A stretch of DNA of 63,618 nucleotides, filler included, from Cercozoa sp. M6MM (GCA_040357565.1; 17 parts of 17 records of this genome joined end to end with filler, not necessarily neighbours in it); one strand, 5' to 3'; shown: positions 13,190 to 27,907, counted from the whole stretch's first letter. Numbers and translations are program-made. The notes: generated by a model not told the origin, from the sequence alone.

Positions 13190-14144
13190 CTTCGTACAGC
13201 ATACACCACAAGGTACCCAGGAGAGGAATACGACATTAGTTTTCACAGACAAATAATATCCGAACTATACTTGTCTACGCTTCCCCAGTCGAAGTAGTTT
13301 ATTAGAGTCTATTTCGCTTAAACACCCTCAGAACACACGCCTAGCACATGCCTGAGCACGCTGTTCTGTACAGAGAAGCGGTACCAGCCACTGTGCTTGC
13401 AGAGCAGCGCAATTAGAGGTTTGGCTCAATCGAATGGGCGGAAAATGTTGTTTAAATGCTATTGATGCTTGTAAAAGCGTCACTAGTCATCCATGCTGTG
13501 TGGAGAAACGCGCGCCATGTGACTGTTTTTGTTTTTGCAAAGCGATTTTTCTTGCAGCACGAGAGCGTGTCGGAAGGTGTGCAACGGGGTTTCTGCAGTT
13601 CTGAGTCCCCCTCACACACGTCCAAAATCTAATCTAAGCACTTTTGGGCTCTGGCCCTGGCTCTGGACATTTCGGGTTATCGTGTGTAGAGTGACCGAGG
13701 GAGTGCAGCGAAACTCTGGCACGCGTCGGAATGCCACATGGTCTCTGTGGTAGCCACATGAGTGCCGAGCGTGACTTTACAAAAAATCACTGCTCTTTCA
13801 CCGCGCATTGTGTGAGTTAGAAACTTGTGAAACTAGTGACTACAGAACGACCTGAGTGCATTGTGCACTACGACAACGCTTTTTTGCGCCTCCGGAAATG
13901 GTGTGTTTTCAGTGTCCCTGCATGATACTGTGCAGGAGTGTTGTTTGCTATGTTGGAACACTGTGGGAGTGGTTTTCGGGGCTGCTTTGTGTGTCATTTA
14001 CTTTTTTTCTTTGTCGTGTCGTTTTCTGTCTTTTGTGCATTTTTCTGACAAAAATGACAATGGGTCTGTGTCATTTTGTGTGGGCAGAATTTCCTGCGCA
14101 AGTTCTTTGGGTGCCTTGATGCACCCCGCAACGAGGAATCGGCC

Positions 14145-14573
14145 ATGCCGAAGCTTGAAACGCCGCCAAGTGAGCGTGAGCAGCACCTGCTGCTGTTGCT
14201 GAAAAGCGATGCGGCCGCTCGCGAGTGCTGGCGTCTGCAGCTGCAGCGCCAGCAAGAGCGAGGTGCTTCCTTCCGCGTGTGCTGGCAGCGCCGGCGACAG
14301 CAGCAGCGACTTCAGCTGCGAAAACTCGCCGCCGAAGCAGCTGCCGTCGTGCGCGAGCAACAGGAGCAACTCGAGCGCGAGCGACTCCAAGCACGCGAGC
14401 TCGAACGTCAGGCGCGCGTCCTGCGCATCGCGTGCCGCGCGCGCCAGATCTTCCGTCAGCTGCTCGAACTGCGCCTGCAACGTGCCATTGCTGTTCGCGC
14501 CAGTAATGCGCAGCCGTGCGCTCTGGAAGCTCGATGCGGCTCGCCTCACCGACACTTCCATCGTCGTCGCTGA
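14145..14573 (+). CDS. Intronless Arg/Gln/Leu-rich coiled-coil ORF, function unknown
   Basis: GC-rich 142-codon ORF MPKLETPPSEREQHLLLLLK... lying in otherwise non-coding sequence. Confidence 0.35.
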   Translation: MPKLETPPSEREQHLLLLLKSDAAARECWRLQLQRQQERGASFRVCWQRRRQQQRLQLRKLAAEAAAVVREQQEQLERERLQARELERQARVLRIACRARQIFRQLLELRLQRAIAVRASNAQPCALEARCGSPHRHFHRRR

Positions 14574-16358
14574 TTCTGCGACATTTGCCCCGGTGTTTCT
14601 CACTGGCCGGCAGTCGAACCTGTGGTTTTACCAAACCGTCTGCATACTTTGTTTGCGAGTACGACCTGGCCCGGTGTATTTTTACACCATCAATGGTTGA
14701 CAGTACTGTACATGGACTGTAGTACACTGCCAGTACTGTAGTATAATACCGCATTAGTCCACCGCCCCGCTTAGGGTGGCATCCTCCCTTTTAAAGTTCC
14801 CAGGTAAAGCACAGTCAACGAAATGGGTACAATTGCAATGCTGGTACAATGCTGCAATTGGGAGCATCTATAGCTACAGTAGAGCATCAGCAGCACTCGC
14901 AATCGACGATGGTATTTTAGTATTTTCAGTCGTGAAAGGAGAGTCAAGTCGGGCGACGTCGAGCAACACACTAAGAATCTTAGACACATGGCGACCTTGT
15001 TTTGGAGTACATCGACGATGGTACCCTCCCCTATCTTTATCAGGACAATAATGTGATTACAGTATCTCCCGTGTGCGCAGAGAGTCGCAGAACTGCGATT
15101 CGGTGCGTGCCAGTGACAGTCCGGACGAGTTCTCGCCCCTCAAAACGCCGTATTTGAGAATCTTTCGGGAAACTGTGCGTGCAGAATCGTTTCCTGTCCT
15201 TCTGTATCGCTGCATCGAGTCAAACAAACTACTGCAACCGGCGGACGCGACGATTCGGCGATCGTTTCAAGTGGTGTGTCCTGCGCAATCCAACGGGTGT
15301 GACCCGACTGCGGCCGTCAGAATTTCAAAGACTTGCCGTCGCACACCCGAGCACTGTTGCCAGCCCGTGACTGTTCCTGGTACTGTTGCATCTCTGTACT
15401 ATTATATGCCATGGGAGTGTCGTATATGGGTGTTGCGTTGCACAACGTCGGAACTGCCCGAGCAAGGCGTGGCACGCTCACGTGCTCACCTGTCAAGGCA
15501 CGTCGGAGTCCCTTCATCAGTTAGTTGTGCATCTTCTGCTGGCACTATTGCTGTACTTCCACAACACAAGGACACCTTGCCTTTGAATGAGGCTGACGCT
15601 GTGTTTGAACTGGTTGATGACGTGTTTCAACAGGAGAGACCGAAATCGTGCATCGAACAGGCAAAGTTGTTCGTCGACGATTCCTTGAACTCCAGTTTAA
15701 TTTCCGAGTATTTTACTCATTGTTCCGGTCTTGTGTATTGTAACTGTACGGAATCGTGCTGACGGTAGGTGAACGCGTACAAAGGCGAACGCGAGATCTG
15801 GGCAACTGTGGCCTCCGGTGTGGCAGATGTCGCAGCGCGTCCGCTGATTTCGCTTCGTCGTTCATATCGACGTCGGTTTTGTGCGTTCGATTGGTGCACT
15901 TCGAAGGATGCGAGCCGTCCCTCGCGTTCGACCTGCCTTAACTGATGACAAAGTACACCTGGTTTGGGCACATACAAAAAATAGTATATTTATTCAGTTT
16001 GAATATTATTCTTATGTATAATGGATTCATCCATGTTTCCAGATATTCCACTAATTCAGTTTAGCATCGTATTGAGCAGGCCGTGAAGCGACCGACGCAA
16101 CGCGCTCTTGGCGGATCGCGACTTCCACATCACAAGAGGAAACACAACCCGCACACCTCCGAGCACGTGCGAGGCGTGTCGCACGTTTTTTACACTTTTA
16201 CGGGCGCAGTCAGCCGTAACTGCACCAGAAAATGAGTATCTATTGCGTAACTCCTCGGTAACTCTGATCGCCTGTACTTGAGGCGCATCCTTAAAAATAT
16301 GCAGCTCCTTCAGGCCCGCCAAGACAGGTCATTGACGGGTGTGGTGGTGTCCCACAGG

Positions 16359-17341
16359 ATGCAAGGTGACAACCAGGAAGTAGAGATGGAGGCGGGTGAC
16401 GATCGAGCCGAAGTTCGATCCATCAGCGATGACGATGTGCAAAAAAACTACAACTCCAATCAAAACCCGCAGCAACAACAACAAAAACACCCCTACAACA
16501 ATGCCAACACTGAGAACGATCAGGAGTACCCAGCCAGCAAAAGCGGCGGTACAGCTCGCGAGAAAACTGGTGTGCTCTATGTGTTGCATGTCATTTTCTT
16601 TTTCAGATGATGAAACGGAGGTGTCATTGATCGCGTCGCCTGTGCAGATCGCCAATCTCGTTGCACTCAGTGCCGAAAAGGTTATTACTCCCTTTAGTCT
16701 AGTTCTTTGTCCCTTTATTCCTCTGCCCCTTTATTCCTTCTTACCCGTCCCCCTACGTTCCCCATGTTTGCAGAAGAGCGACCTGTCTGCATTCCAGACA
16801 TTGCTCCTGGCCTTCCAGGTATCTTTTGTACCTCATGTTTTAGTTATGGTTCCTCAGTCTCCTTAAACATAGGCCGGTCTGTTCATTGGTCTGGGTGGTC
16901 TCATCGCCGTGGCTACCGGACAAGCGTACTACACTGGTGCTGGCGATGCGACCACTGTACTCTTAACCTCCCTCACTTCTACCCTCACCTCTTTCCTCCC
17001 TGCCCCCCCCCCCCCCGACCCCTCAGCAATTGATATCGCATTTCTTGGCTGCTGCTACGTTCCCGTAAGTTGCTTACCCCCTCTTATACCTCTTCCTCTT
17101 ATCCCTTCCCTTTTAACCTCCCCCTGCCGTCAGACTGGGCATCGTTCTCGTCGTTGTGGCAGGCAGTGAACTCTTCACCGGCAATGTCGCCACCATGTTC
17201 TGCGTGAGTTTTACTCCTCTTTTACCCCCTCCACCTCTCTCGTTTTACCCCCTCCCTGTACCCCTCTATACTGATTGTAGGGTTGGATGGCTCGTCGCTG
17301 CAGTTTGGGCGATTTGGTTCGCAACTGGTCGCTTGTACTGG
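16359..17341 (+). CDS. Formate/nitrite transporter (FNT) family channel, 5' part
   Basis: LLLAFQAGLFIGLGG and FPLGIVLVVVAGSELFTGN (FNT signature), then LVRNWSLV; long acidic/Asn-rich N-terminus. Confidence 0.92.
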
Positions 17342-17462
17342 TAGTTTACCCCCCCCCCCCCCNNNNNNNNNNNNNNNNNNNNNNNNNNNNNNNNNNNNNN
17401 NNNNNNTTAATTAATTAANNNNNNNNNNNNNNNNNNNNNNNNNNNNNNNNNNNNNNNNNNNN

Positions 17463-17510
<48 letters not shown>

Positions 17511-17518
17511 TATTGTAG

Positions 17519-19008
17519 GTACGGAAATGGACTCGGACAGAGCGACTTTTTGTGGCACTGCCGTGGTGCACCTCTGGTCTACTCACTTTATTGATGTACT
17601 TGTTTTGTTAAATCAGCAAGGCGTGTTGACAGGTGCACAAGGTGTTCGCTGCCATCTGGGAAACTGAGGATCTCGTGGTGTCCTTCGACGGCGCCAATGT
17701 TTGTTTTCCCCTTTTTCGTATTTCCCCCTTTGACCCCATTTTCCCTTTTGTCCCCATTTTACCCTTTGACCCCCTCCACCCCCCCGGAGCAGGTGTTCCG
17801 ACCATGGCGTCTGCAGGAGCGCTTTTTTGAAGGACGAAGTCGCAACTGGAAAACGCGCGGCGGCTGGTGGCATGTATTCTTTGATCTTCACCCCTTACCC
17901 CCACCCCTTACCCCCCACCTCCTTACCCCTACCTTTTTCTATGTTGTCCTCGGCAGGTGGATCAGAATCCTGTCAAGAAACCAGTATGGCTTTCCTTTAT
18001 TTAACGACCTTTGCCCCTTAGGACACTTTACCCTTCCTTACCCTTCCTTTACTCTTTGCCTCTTTACCCCTCCCATTCTCTCTTGGCAGGGACTGGAGGC
18101 AGTACAAGGATTCGTGTCGCTCACGAAACAAGACGCTCGAACCGGCGGTTTGACGATTCTGTCCTGTCGCGATTTTCAGCAACGGTTCAAAGGTTTTCCC
18201 TCCCTCTTACTCTTTTGTTTACTACCCCTACTTACCCCCTCCCTTTACCCCTCTGTAGACATCCGAGCTCGGAACAACAGCGATTTCATTCGACTTCCGT
18301 CGGACAGTGTGAAGTCAATGCTGCAGGAGGAAGGCGTTTCTGTACCCTTTGCCTACTACTCTCTCCCCCCGTTTACCCTGTTTAACAGCCGATGCTGGTA
18401 TCGTGTGAGGCCGGCGACCTGGTGCTGTGGGACGGTCGTGTGGTGCACTGCAACAGCTCGGCCTTGGACTGCAGTCCCACCGAGGAGGAGCGAGTCATCC
18501 TTGAGTCCGACCAACGAGAGGGCCCGTGGCCGCTGCTGCGTGCACTCGCCTACGTCTGCATGACTCCTCGGTCCAAGGCACTGCCTGAGACACTTGAGCG
18601 ACGCAAGTGTACTGCACTGTTATCTGTATATATGTATATCTGTAATATTTATTGAGTGTTTTATTTTCTTTATTTATTGATTGATTGATTTATTTATTTA
18701 TTTATTTATCTATTTATTTAGTTTGTTTGTTTATTTATTTTTTTTAGTTATTCAGGTTGTTTGTGTATTGATTGATTGATTTATTTAGTTTATTTATTTA
18801 TTTATTTATTTATGTATTATTTATTTATATATTTATCATTTCGTTTGTTTATTATTTATTTATTTATTTATTCATACCACTGTTTGCAGTGGCCGTGCTG
18901 CATGGCGCTCAGTCGACGCATTGGGCGCACGAGATGCGCGCCACGTCGCCTGGAGAGGGCGGACGCGAACTCTCGACGCTGACCGAGCACCAGCGCTCGC
19001 TCGTGTGA
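17519..19008 (+). CDS. Phytanoyl-CoA dioxygenase (PhyH)-family Fe(II)/2-oxoglutarate dioxygenase, 5' truncated
   Basis: GLGQSDFLWHCRG; VFAAIWETEDLVVSFDG; WWHVDQ (HxD); VQGFVSL...TGGL; AGDLVLWDGRVVHCN; AYVCMTPR. Confidence 0.88.
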
Positions 19009-19120
19009 GACTGCTCGCTTTGAAGTGTACAATTTGCAGTATTGATACCCTCGCGTGTCAGCTTTCAGTTCACGTCACGTCAGTTTCACTGGCAGCTGTT
19101 TCAATTGAATGGTTAGTCGA

Positions 19121-19197
19121 GTTAGTTAGTTGAGTCTTGTATGAAACTGGCAACTAAGTAGTTCCCCTGCACCAGTCCGGGCTGGGTCACAAGAGCA
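19121..19197 (-). mobile_element. Diverged ~77-nt 3' fragment of the non-LTR retrotransposon with (TAAC)n tail
   Basis: The reverse complement GCTCTTGTGACCCAGCCCGGACTGGTGCAGGGGAACTAC...AAGACTCAACTAACTAAC matches 63502-63571. Confidence 0.9.
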
Positions 19198-19592
19198 ACT
19201 ACAATGCTGATTCCGCGAACGCCACAGTCGTGCGTGACTGAAACGAGACAGTGCGTGCATGGAAGTCAGTGTCTGTGGATTGATGTCGATTGCATTGGCG
19301 CTGTCGTGAGACTTCAACTGTTGATTGATGTCGAATTTTGACGCATCGTCGTCACAGTCGACTCGTTAGCACTCTTTTCCTCGCGCATTTCTGCTACACA
19401 TCTTACCCATTGTCGTGTAAAGAAATGAACACCAAAAAAATTTACAGGAGCGTACTATAGTTGCGGCTAAAATATTCTATGAAACTATTCACGTCAGTTT
19501 CGTTGATCACTTCGCGGTCACTCAACCTTCCGTCTGAGGGAGCGCTTGTTGCGTTGCGTTGCATGCGCCTTTTGTCTGCACGACGAAAGCAA

Positions 19593-20298
19593 CTACGTCG
19601 CGAAACGCTTCGTCCACCGGCGCGCAGTGTCCTGAGACACACAGACGTACCTCATCTATCGACAGACATAATGGTATCGATACCTTGGCCATGGGTTCGT
19701 CTCGGATCCAAGTATCGGCAACGTTGGTGTCCAGCGGATCCTCCGGATTCGGGTCACTCTGCCACAAAGGAACTAGCGAAGGGTGGAGGGACAGGTTACA
19801 GAGGGCGTACCAGAAGCGACTGCAGCGACAGACACACGGCCTTGATCTGGAGGGCCGGCGACCACTTGTCCTTGAGCACGTCGAGACAGATGCGTCCGAG
19901 CGCGTCAATGTTGGGGTGGTAGATCTTGGTCAGGAAGCGCACCTTGGGCGGCACCATCGGGTACTCGGCCGGCAGGAACAGCTCGAGCTTGAACACGCCG
20001 CCTATACAAGCCCGTCCGAGTCAAGTCAAGTCAAGTCAAGTCAAGTCCAGGTCAAGTCAACCAAAGAATGCACCTGCGTACGGCGAGTCGGCCGGACCTT
20101 CAATGAGAATCTGGAAGTGCCGCTCGTTTTGCTTGTTGCCAAACAGCGTGACCGAGATGCCCGGGACTGAGAGCAACACAACACAGAACTAATCTTGTCG
20201 CAATGACCAACTTTGGACAGGCCTCGTTTGGACCAAGACTTACTCGGGTCACGCGCTAATCTCTGCGTCTCCTTCTTGATGCGTCGCGACACCACCAT
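19593..20298 (-). CDS. UBC13: Ubiquitin-conjugating enzyme E2 N (Ubc13), complete, 5 exons
   Basis: [14 protein letters not shown]...[50 protein letters not shown]...[12 protein letters not shown]...[10 protein letters not shown]. Confidence 0.93.
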
Positions 20299-20664
20299 GT
20301 TTGCGTGCTGCGAGGAGCAAAACACTCCTCAGTTTCGTGTGGAAAAACGGAACGAGACGGAAAATCCCACAACAATACCTCCAGTGCCGAATCGCTCACC
20401 CTGTGACACTAAGCTACTAGGCACACTACCTTGTGAACAGTATGCCCTTGAGCGGGAGTGTCTTCGACAAGGAACTCTGAACTGGCTTTGATGTTGTAGC
20501 CACCATTTATCTGGAAAGTTTCGGAGGGCATACGTGTGCGCAAGAGTGGTGCTGCTGTTAGTTGTGGGCAGTAGAGTACTCAAAACACCTGGAACCTCCA
20601 AGGTACCAATGAGTTTGCAAAACAGTTGTGCGAGGCCCGAGACGCGCGTGTTTTTGCTGGTCAG

Positions 20665-21933
20665 ATGAGCAAAGTTGCCGCATTGCGTGCGTTGATGCGC
20701 CGCGAAGGACTGTCGGCGTATCTGGTGCCGTCGGAGGATGCTCACTGCAGCGAGTACGTACAGAAGGCGGACGAGAGACGTGGCTACTTGAGCGACTTTA
20801 CCGGTTCAGCTGGCACGGCCGTTGTCACGCTGGACGAGGCGCTGCTGTGGACTGATGCTCGGTACCTGAAGTTTGACTGGTTTCAGAGGATAAAATAACC
20901 TCTGTAAACTGCTGTATCATGCAGCTACTGGGATCAAGCACGTGCCCAACTCAGCGAGGAATGGACGCTCGTTGAAGACGGTCCTGGCGTCAAGGTTCGC
21001 TGCTGCTTTCTTTTTTCTTTAAGATAGATACGCTATTTGTGTGCTGTTCTTTTTGCAGACACCAGGCGAAGTTTTGGCTCAGAAGCTTCCCTCGGTGCTC
21101 CTTTTCTTTCTTTGTCGTCTGACTGTTTGACTGACCTCAAGTACAGGGGGCCAAAGTGGGTGCCAACGGACTCGTTCTGACACGTGCCAAGGCCATGCAA
21201 CTTGAAAAGGAACTCAACGGGTACTTATATATATATCTTTCTCTGTTTGCTCAAATTCAAGTTGAAACTAAGCGAAAACTTTTGACTGATTGGGGCAGTT
21301 TGACGCTGGAAACCTCACACGCTCTCGTTGACGAAATTTGGACTGATCGGCCTTCGCGACCGAGTGTACCTCGAACACTTCTTGTTTGTTTTGAGAAATA
21401 AAGTCAGACATATATCATTGTTTTTTCTTTGCAGACGAAATTGCGCGTACACCCGATCGAACTGGCCGGAGCCACGGTGGTCGAGAAACTTGCTGTAGCT
21501 TTCATTTTTCTTTTTTGCGTCTTGTTTTTTTTTTTGTTTGTTTGCTTGTTGTTTTTTTTTTTGTTTGTTTGCTGTTGCTTATGCTTGTTGCTTTTGTTTG
21601 TTGTTTTTGCTTGTTGTTTTGTGCTGAAACGTCGTTGGACTGATCAGCGCGTGCGCGAAGAGTTGGCGAAAACCGCGGCGAAGGCGCTGTTGTTGACGCA
21701 GTTGGACGAAATTGCGTGGCTGTTCAACTTGCGCTGCACGGTGCGTTCTTCTTGTTCTTCTTGTTTTTGAAAGCTTAGTTTCATTGTTGTGCTGTCTTTG
21801 AAATCTGCTCGTTCTGGACAGTTCGTGATCGAGTGCAACCCGGTGTTTCTGTCGTACGCGCTGGTGACGCCTGAGTCGGCCACTCTGTTCGTGTCGGCTG
21901 AACAGCTCAGCGAGCAGGTGTGCGAGCACCTCA
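20665..21933 (+). CDS. XPNPEP1: Xaa-Pro aminopeptidase P (M24B), 5' part
   Basis: AYLVPSEDAHCSEYV...YLSDFTGSAGTAVVT...ALLWTDARYWDQA; LVDEIW; LDEIAWLFNLR; NPVFLSY. Confidence 0.92.
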
Positions 21934-21978
21934 GTAACTCTCTTCCTTCAACTTGACTCTGTGTGTGTGCGTGTGTGC

Positions 21979-22086
<108 letters not shown>

Positions 22087-22344
22087 NNNNNNNNNNNNNN
22101 NNNNNNNNNNNNNNNNNNNNNNNNNNNNNNTTAATTAATTAANNNNNNNNNNNNNNNNNNNNNNNNNNNNNNNNNNNNNNNNNNNNAAGCGGTAAAGGGG
22201 GTAAAGCGGTAAAGGGGGGGGGGGGGTAAAGCGGTAAAGGGGGCAAAACGGTAAAGGGGTAAAGGGGGTAAAGGGGTATGGAGGACAAAAGGGACGAAGG
22301 TAGAGAAGAGGGTAAAGGAAGCAGGGGGTAGATAAACAAGCTAC

Positions 22345-23920
22345 CCTGCTCGGCCACATCGCGCGACGCGCCCAGTTGAATCAGTCTCTACCAGCACCCT
22401 CAGTACACAAACAAGCCTGTCCACACACGCTTGTGATCACAGGGTACCTCGACCTTTGGATCGAAGCTGCGACGACGGCGTTTCGTTCTCGACGCTGATG
22501 GTCTGTGGGGGGGGGGGGGGNNNNNNNNNNNNNNNNNNNNNNNNNNNNNNNNNNNNNNNNNNNNNNNNNNNNNNNNNNNNNNNNNNNNNNNNNNNNNNNN
22601 NNNNNNNNNNNNNNNNNNNNCCCCCAAAACAGGGGTAAAGAGGGAGGCCAAACTCACTCAGTGCTCTTAATGAGTTCGTCGTAGGCACGCTGCGTGTCAC
22701 CCTTAACTGCGCACACCAACAAGCTTGTCTGAATGTGAACACGGTTGTCGGGGGGGGGGGGGCCCCAAAACTATACATTGCAGCAGCAGACGCGCGCAGC
22801 GAACGTACTTTCGCGGGTCGTTCCGAGGAGCTCCCAGACCGGCCTTAATATTATTTGGTGAAGGAAGCGGTTTAGCATGTTTAGGGTGCGTCCAATTCGA
22901 CAGTGTTAAGGGTGCGGAAGTACCATTTCCATGACCTGCTTGACCTGCACGAAACTGACGGACAAGTCTTCTTTCACCGGCGGCCATGCCTCCTGGAGCA
23001 TCTTCTTGTCCACCTCCTGCGGGGTAGGGGTAAAGTGGGTAAGAGGGGGCAGAGAGGGGTAGGGGTAAAGCACCTCAAGAATGTTGAAGCGCAGCAGGAA
23101 GGGCAGGCCCTCCTCGTGCGCCTTGACTGGAAAGGCCTCAATACACCCGCATCGCAGCTTGCTCTGCAATGACACATGTGCTCCCAGTTGATGGTCCCAA
23201 TTGAATACTCCCAGCAGACTCTCCTCTCAGTTAGTGCCCTCAGTGGCCACGTGCCAGTTTGGTACCTTCCGAGGTGCCACTGAACTCTCGGAGACGTAGT
23301 CGTCGTCAAAGGTCACTTGCAGCTGCACGAAGCCCCGCTCCGCCGACAGACCCTGTTGGGGGGGGGGGGGGGGTAAAGGTGGGTAGGGTGTAGGGTGAAG
23401 TGGTAAAGGGGTATGAAAATTAAAGGGGGTAAAAGGGGGGAGGGTAGATAACACACCAGCACAGCCAAGCGATCGGCGCACGTGCTGGGATCAAAGCAGC
23501 GCTGGTACAGCTCGACGGCATTGACTGCCACCGAGGCACGCACTGTGCCACATCATAATACATATCATCACATATTAGACATCCTAAGGAAGAGAGTACC
23601 GATGCCGCCGCCTTGTGTACACGCACAGGCACGGTAGATACCCTGAGGTCAAGTGGATGCACATCATACACAGAGTGTCAGCGGGGAAAAACGTTCACAG
23701 CGAAAGCTACGTTGCCAAGTGCCTCCAGTTCGTCCACGTGCATTCGCAGTTGCGACACCGAGCGGCCCAGTTCGCCACTTTCAACGTCGCTCACGTTGTC
23801 GTTCCATTCAGTGTTGTCGTTCCAGCCTTCGTCAGCACCCCAAGACGCCGACTGGCTCTCCACCGAGCCAGAGTCCGGATTCTCGGCCCAATCATCCCCA
23901 GTGCCCCAATCGTCATCCAT
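22345..23920 (-). CDS. Hypothetical multi-exon protein with acidic Trp-rich N-terminus, 5' part
   Basis: MDDDWGTGDDWAENPDSG... followed by many GT-AG-bounded GC-rich exons; family not recognised. Confidence 0.55.
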
Positions 23921-24408
23921 CCTCGATCTACTTAGCTCTGCACCAGCCTTAGAACGGCACAGGTACTGTACATTCTTTTAGAAAATCTCCCGCCAAAATT
24001 TAAAGCAGGTACAACAAAAAATACAGTATGTCCAAGGACACAAATTAAATGCAGTATTGATGAAATTCCGTCCATTTGGACGCCTTATGTAGCCACGTGG
24101 TGTAGTTTTCAAAGCTGTCATTTGGAGGCCGCGAGCTGGATAGAAACCACACAAGTTGAGGAAAACACGATTAGGTGACACTCGACGCGGAGCGCCGGTG
24201 GGTCCTGTTTGGCGTTGGGTTGTGTCTTTTTGTTTCCGCGGCGGTCCGGCGCTCTCCTATGTGGGATGAGTGCCAGCGTTGCTCAGCGGCTTTTAGAGGG
24301 CGCCAGTGATGGGCCTAGGTGTGTTGGCGTGGCTGATCGCAACAGAGCCTTTTTTGCTTTTGTTTTGATGCTGGGCACCTGAGTACTCGTTTTTGTCTGG
24401 TCTGACAG

Positions 24409-25728
24409 ATGGAAGCAGGAGAGAAGCAGTCGGAGCTGCCGTCTCCTCATCCCGAGCAGCATGAGAACGAAAAGCCGGAGCATGACGTGCAGGCAGAGCT
24501 GCCGATGGGCTCGGTAGCTTCCTTATCAGCTTCGTGTCCAGTTTGTGTTGTTATGTTGCTGTGATGTGACTCCAGATGATGTCGATGCCGATGTCGATGG
24601 ACATGATGTCAATGATGACGGTGCCTCCACCCCCGCTGGGCATGCAGGCAGCAGGTGACCTGGGAACTCTGCCAGCCCTGGGTCTCGGCAGTAGCAACTC
24701 TGTGCAAGGCATGCCGTTGCCGTCGGTGCCGATGCCTGTGATGCCTACGCTGGGTCCACAGCAGCCTCTGCCGCCTACTATGATGCCTGGGTATACTGAT
24801 ACTTTCATCTTTACTCCCTGTTGCCCTGTGTTGCCCTTTGTACTGCCGTGTCTCCTGTAGTGTACCGGACCCGATGCTGAGCATGCCGGCGCCAAGCATG
24901 CAGCCGATGGGTCTGCAGGAGTTGTCGGACGCCGACATTGCCATGATGTACGTCGTGCAGAAGAGCGACCCCAGCAGTGGCTCAGTGCACTACGAGTACG
25001 ACGGCCGCAGCTTCGACACTAAGGCGCAGTTCGTGCGGCACTTCCAGCAGACGCAGGGCGAGTTCCTCAACAACTATCGCGCCCAGATGGCACATGTCGC
25101 TGCCGTCTACCGACACATGAACGGCCTGTCTGCTGGTTCTATGGTGCCTTGCCTTTACCTTCCCTTTACCTTCCCTTTCTTCTTCTGTGCATCCTTGGTA
25201 TTAACAGGGTCCCGACGTCCCTGTTGTACCACGTCCACGCAAGTAGCCTACCTCCTACCCATGTGAGTATGTTAATGTGTATGTATGTTGGGGATGGCAG
25301 ACGACGCAAGAAGCGCGACGACCCGAGCAACGTGTACGAGTGCGACCACGCCGGTTGCGGCGCGCGTTTCAAGTCCTCGTCGGCGCTGTACAAGCACCGC
25401 AAGATCCACACGGGTCTGCGGCCCTTCGTGTGTACCATCACCGAGACCTGTCGCAAGTCCTTCTACTCGCTCAACGACTTGTACACGTAGCACCTCTTTC
25501 GCTGGGGGGGGGGGGGCCCGGGGAAGAGGGTAAGAGGGTGAGGGGTAAGATTGTGTGTGTATGTGTGTATGTGTGTATGTGTGTAGACACTACCGAACAC
25601 ACACGGGCGAGAAACCTCTGCGATGTCGCTACGGGTGCGACCGCATGTTTAGCAGTTACAACGGCCGTCTGCGACACGAGAAGCAGCACAAAGCGACGCT
25701 TTTCGAGAAGAAACCCTTTCTCTGCGAG
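24409..25728 (+). CDS. C2H2 zinc-finger transcription factor (Met/Pro-rich N-terminus), truncated in the 4th finger
   Basis: YECDHAGCGARFKSSSALYKHRKIH-TGLRPF-VCTITETCRKSFYSLNDLYTHYRTH-TGEKP-LRCRYGCDRMFSSYNGRLRHEKQH...KPFLCE. Confidence 0.9.
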
Positions 25729-25815
25729 GTACCTCAGACATGGTTGGGTAAGAGGGGGTATTTAGTTGTACACACAGGCACCAGGATGTGACGTGCGCTT
25801 TGCCTCGAGAAGTAA

Positions 25816-26631
<816 letters not shown>

Positions 26632-27866
26632 TAGGTTTGGCTAGCTCTGGTGTGGGTGGGTCCCAGGCGCATGGCCCTTGTCCCATCCTCGGTTCATCGA
26701 TCGATGTCGTATGCGCGCAGTACGTACAGCAATTTGTGATCAAAACCTGAGCGAGCTCACTGCCTAAACGAATTGCGAAGTTAAAAAATGGGCCGCAGCA
26801 CGGTTGTTTAGATACGTTCGGGCTCAGGAGATTCCGAGGCATCTTGCCCTCCGCTGGGTTCCACTTGCCTACTGATATGGACAGCGACACTCCCTGCTGA
26901 CACTGTCGCGCGCACCGAACGCAGAGAAGTAGAGTCCGGATTCAGAACCGAAACCGAGTCCCTTTCCCCCAACTCGTGCTCCGTCCTGGCAACACTATTA
27001 AATCTCATAAACAACTCTCGGTCATAGGCAACGATCTTCGCAAGATATCTGCGCATCATGAATAGTCAATAATCACGAATGAGGGACCGCTTAACTGTTA
27101 CCGGGAAAAGCTGTTGGTCAGCAGAAGGCCATGAACTTCCTTCTCACACTCGGAAAAGACAGCGAACACTAATCTCGCGAGATGGACGATGTGACCTTCA
27201 CCAACACTCGATGCGAGCGATACGGAGCCCCGTGCTTCACCAACATCGATGCTCGTGGCGGGCGGAAAAGGCGTGTCGTCGACTTTAACAGCAGGAGTGG
27301 ACTCTTGGTCGCTTTCAAGGTGCTGGCTGGGAGTAAGAACTTGCTCTTCTGTGCTGCTAGTAGTCTTCTTTTCTTCCAGGCTTGATTCTTCTTCCTCCGC
27401 CTCTAGTGCAGAAAAATGGATGCGCAATGGATCCTCCGAAACAGCGCTCAGCTCGTAGTCTTCCGTGTCGACGCAGAACTCAGTCTCAAAGGACGGAGCT
27501 TCAGCTACACAAGAATGACATTGACGTATTCTAAAGCGTGAAAAAAGGGATGTTACAGAGACTTTGCCTCCAGGTAAAAACGTTTTCGTGTTTAATCGCT
27601 TCTCGCAGGGTTTCCATGTCTAAACTTGTGCCACATGCATAGTTTAGTGGAATGGTCACATAGCGCACAGCCCTGTCGAACAGCTGTAAATTTATCTACC
27701 TCGTGATTTCCTCAAGATCTGCCACTTTTTCTCCACGCTATTAAGTTAATTTTGTGATTAAAATGGTCGCGAAGGATTAAAAACAAATATACAACAGGAG
27801 AGTTTCACGAAGAGCTTTCTTCATCGTTTTTCTCACTATAAATTGCAGTGCATTTAAAGTTATTGT

Positions 27867-27907
<41 letters not shown>

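Noticed and set aside
13365-13400. TACAGAGAAG as a U6 snRNA ACAGAGA box
   Set aside because: It is not followed by ATTAGCATGG or the U6 internal stem-loop.
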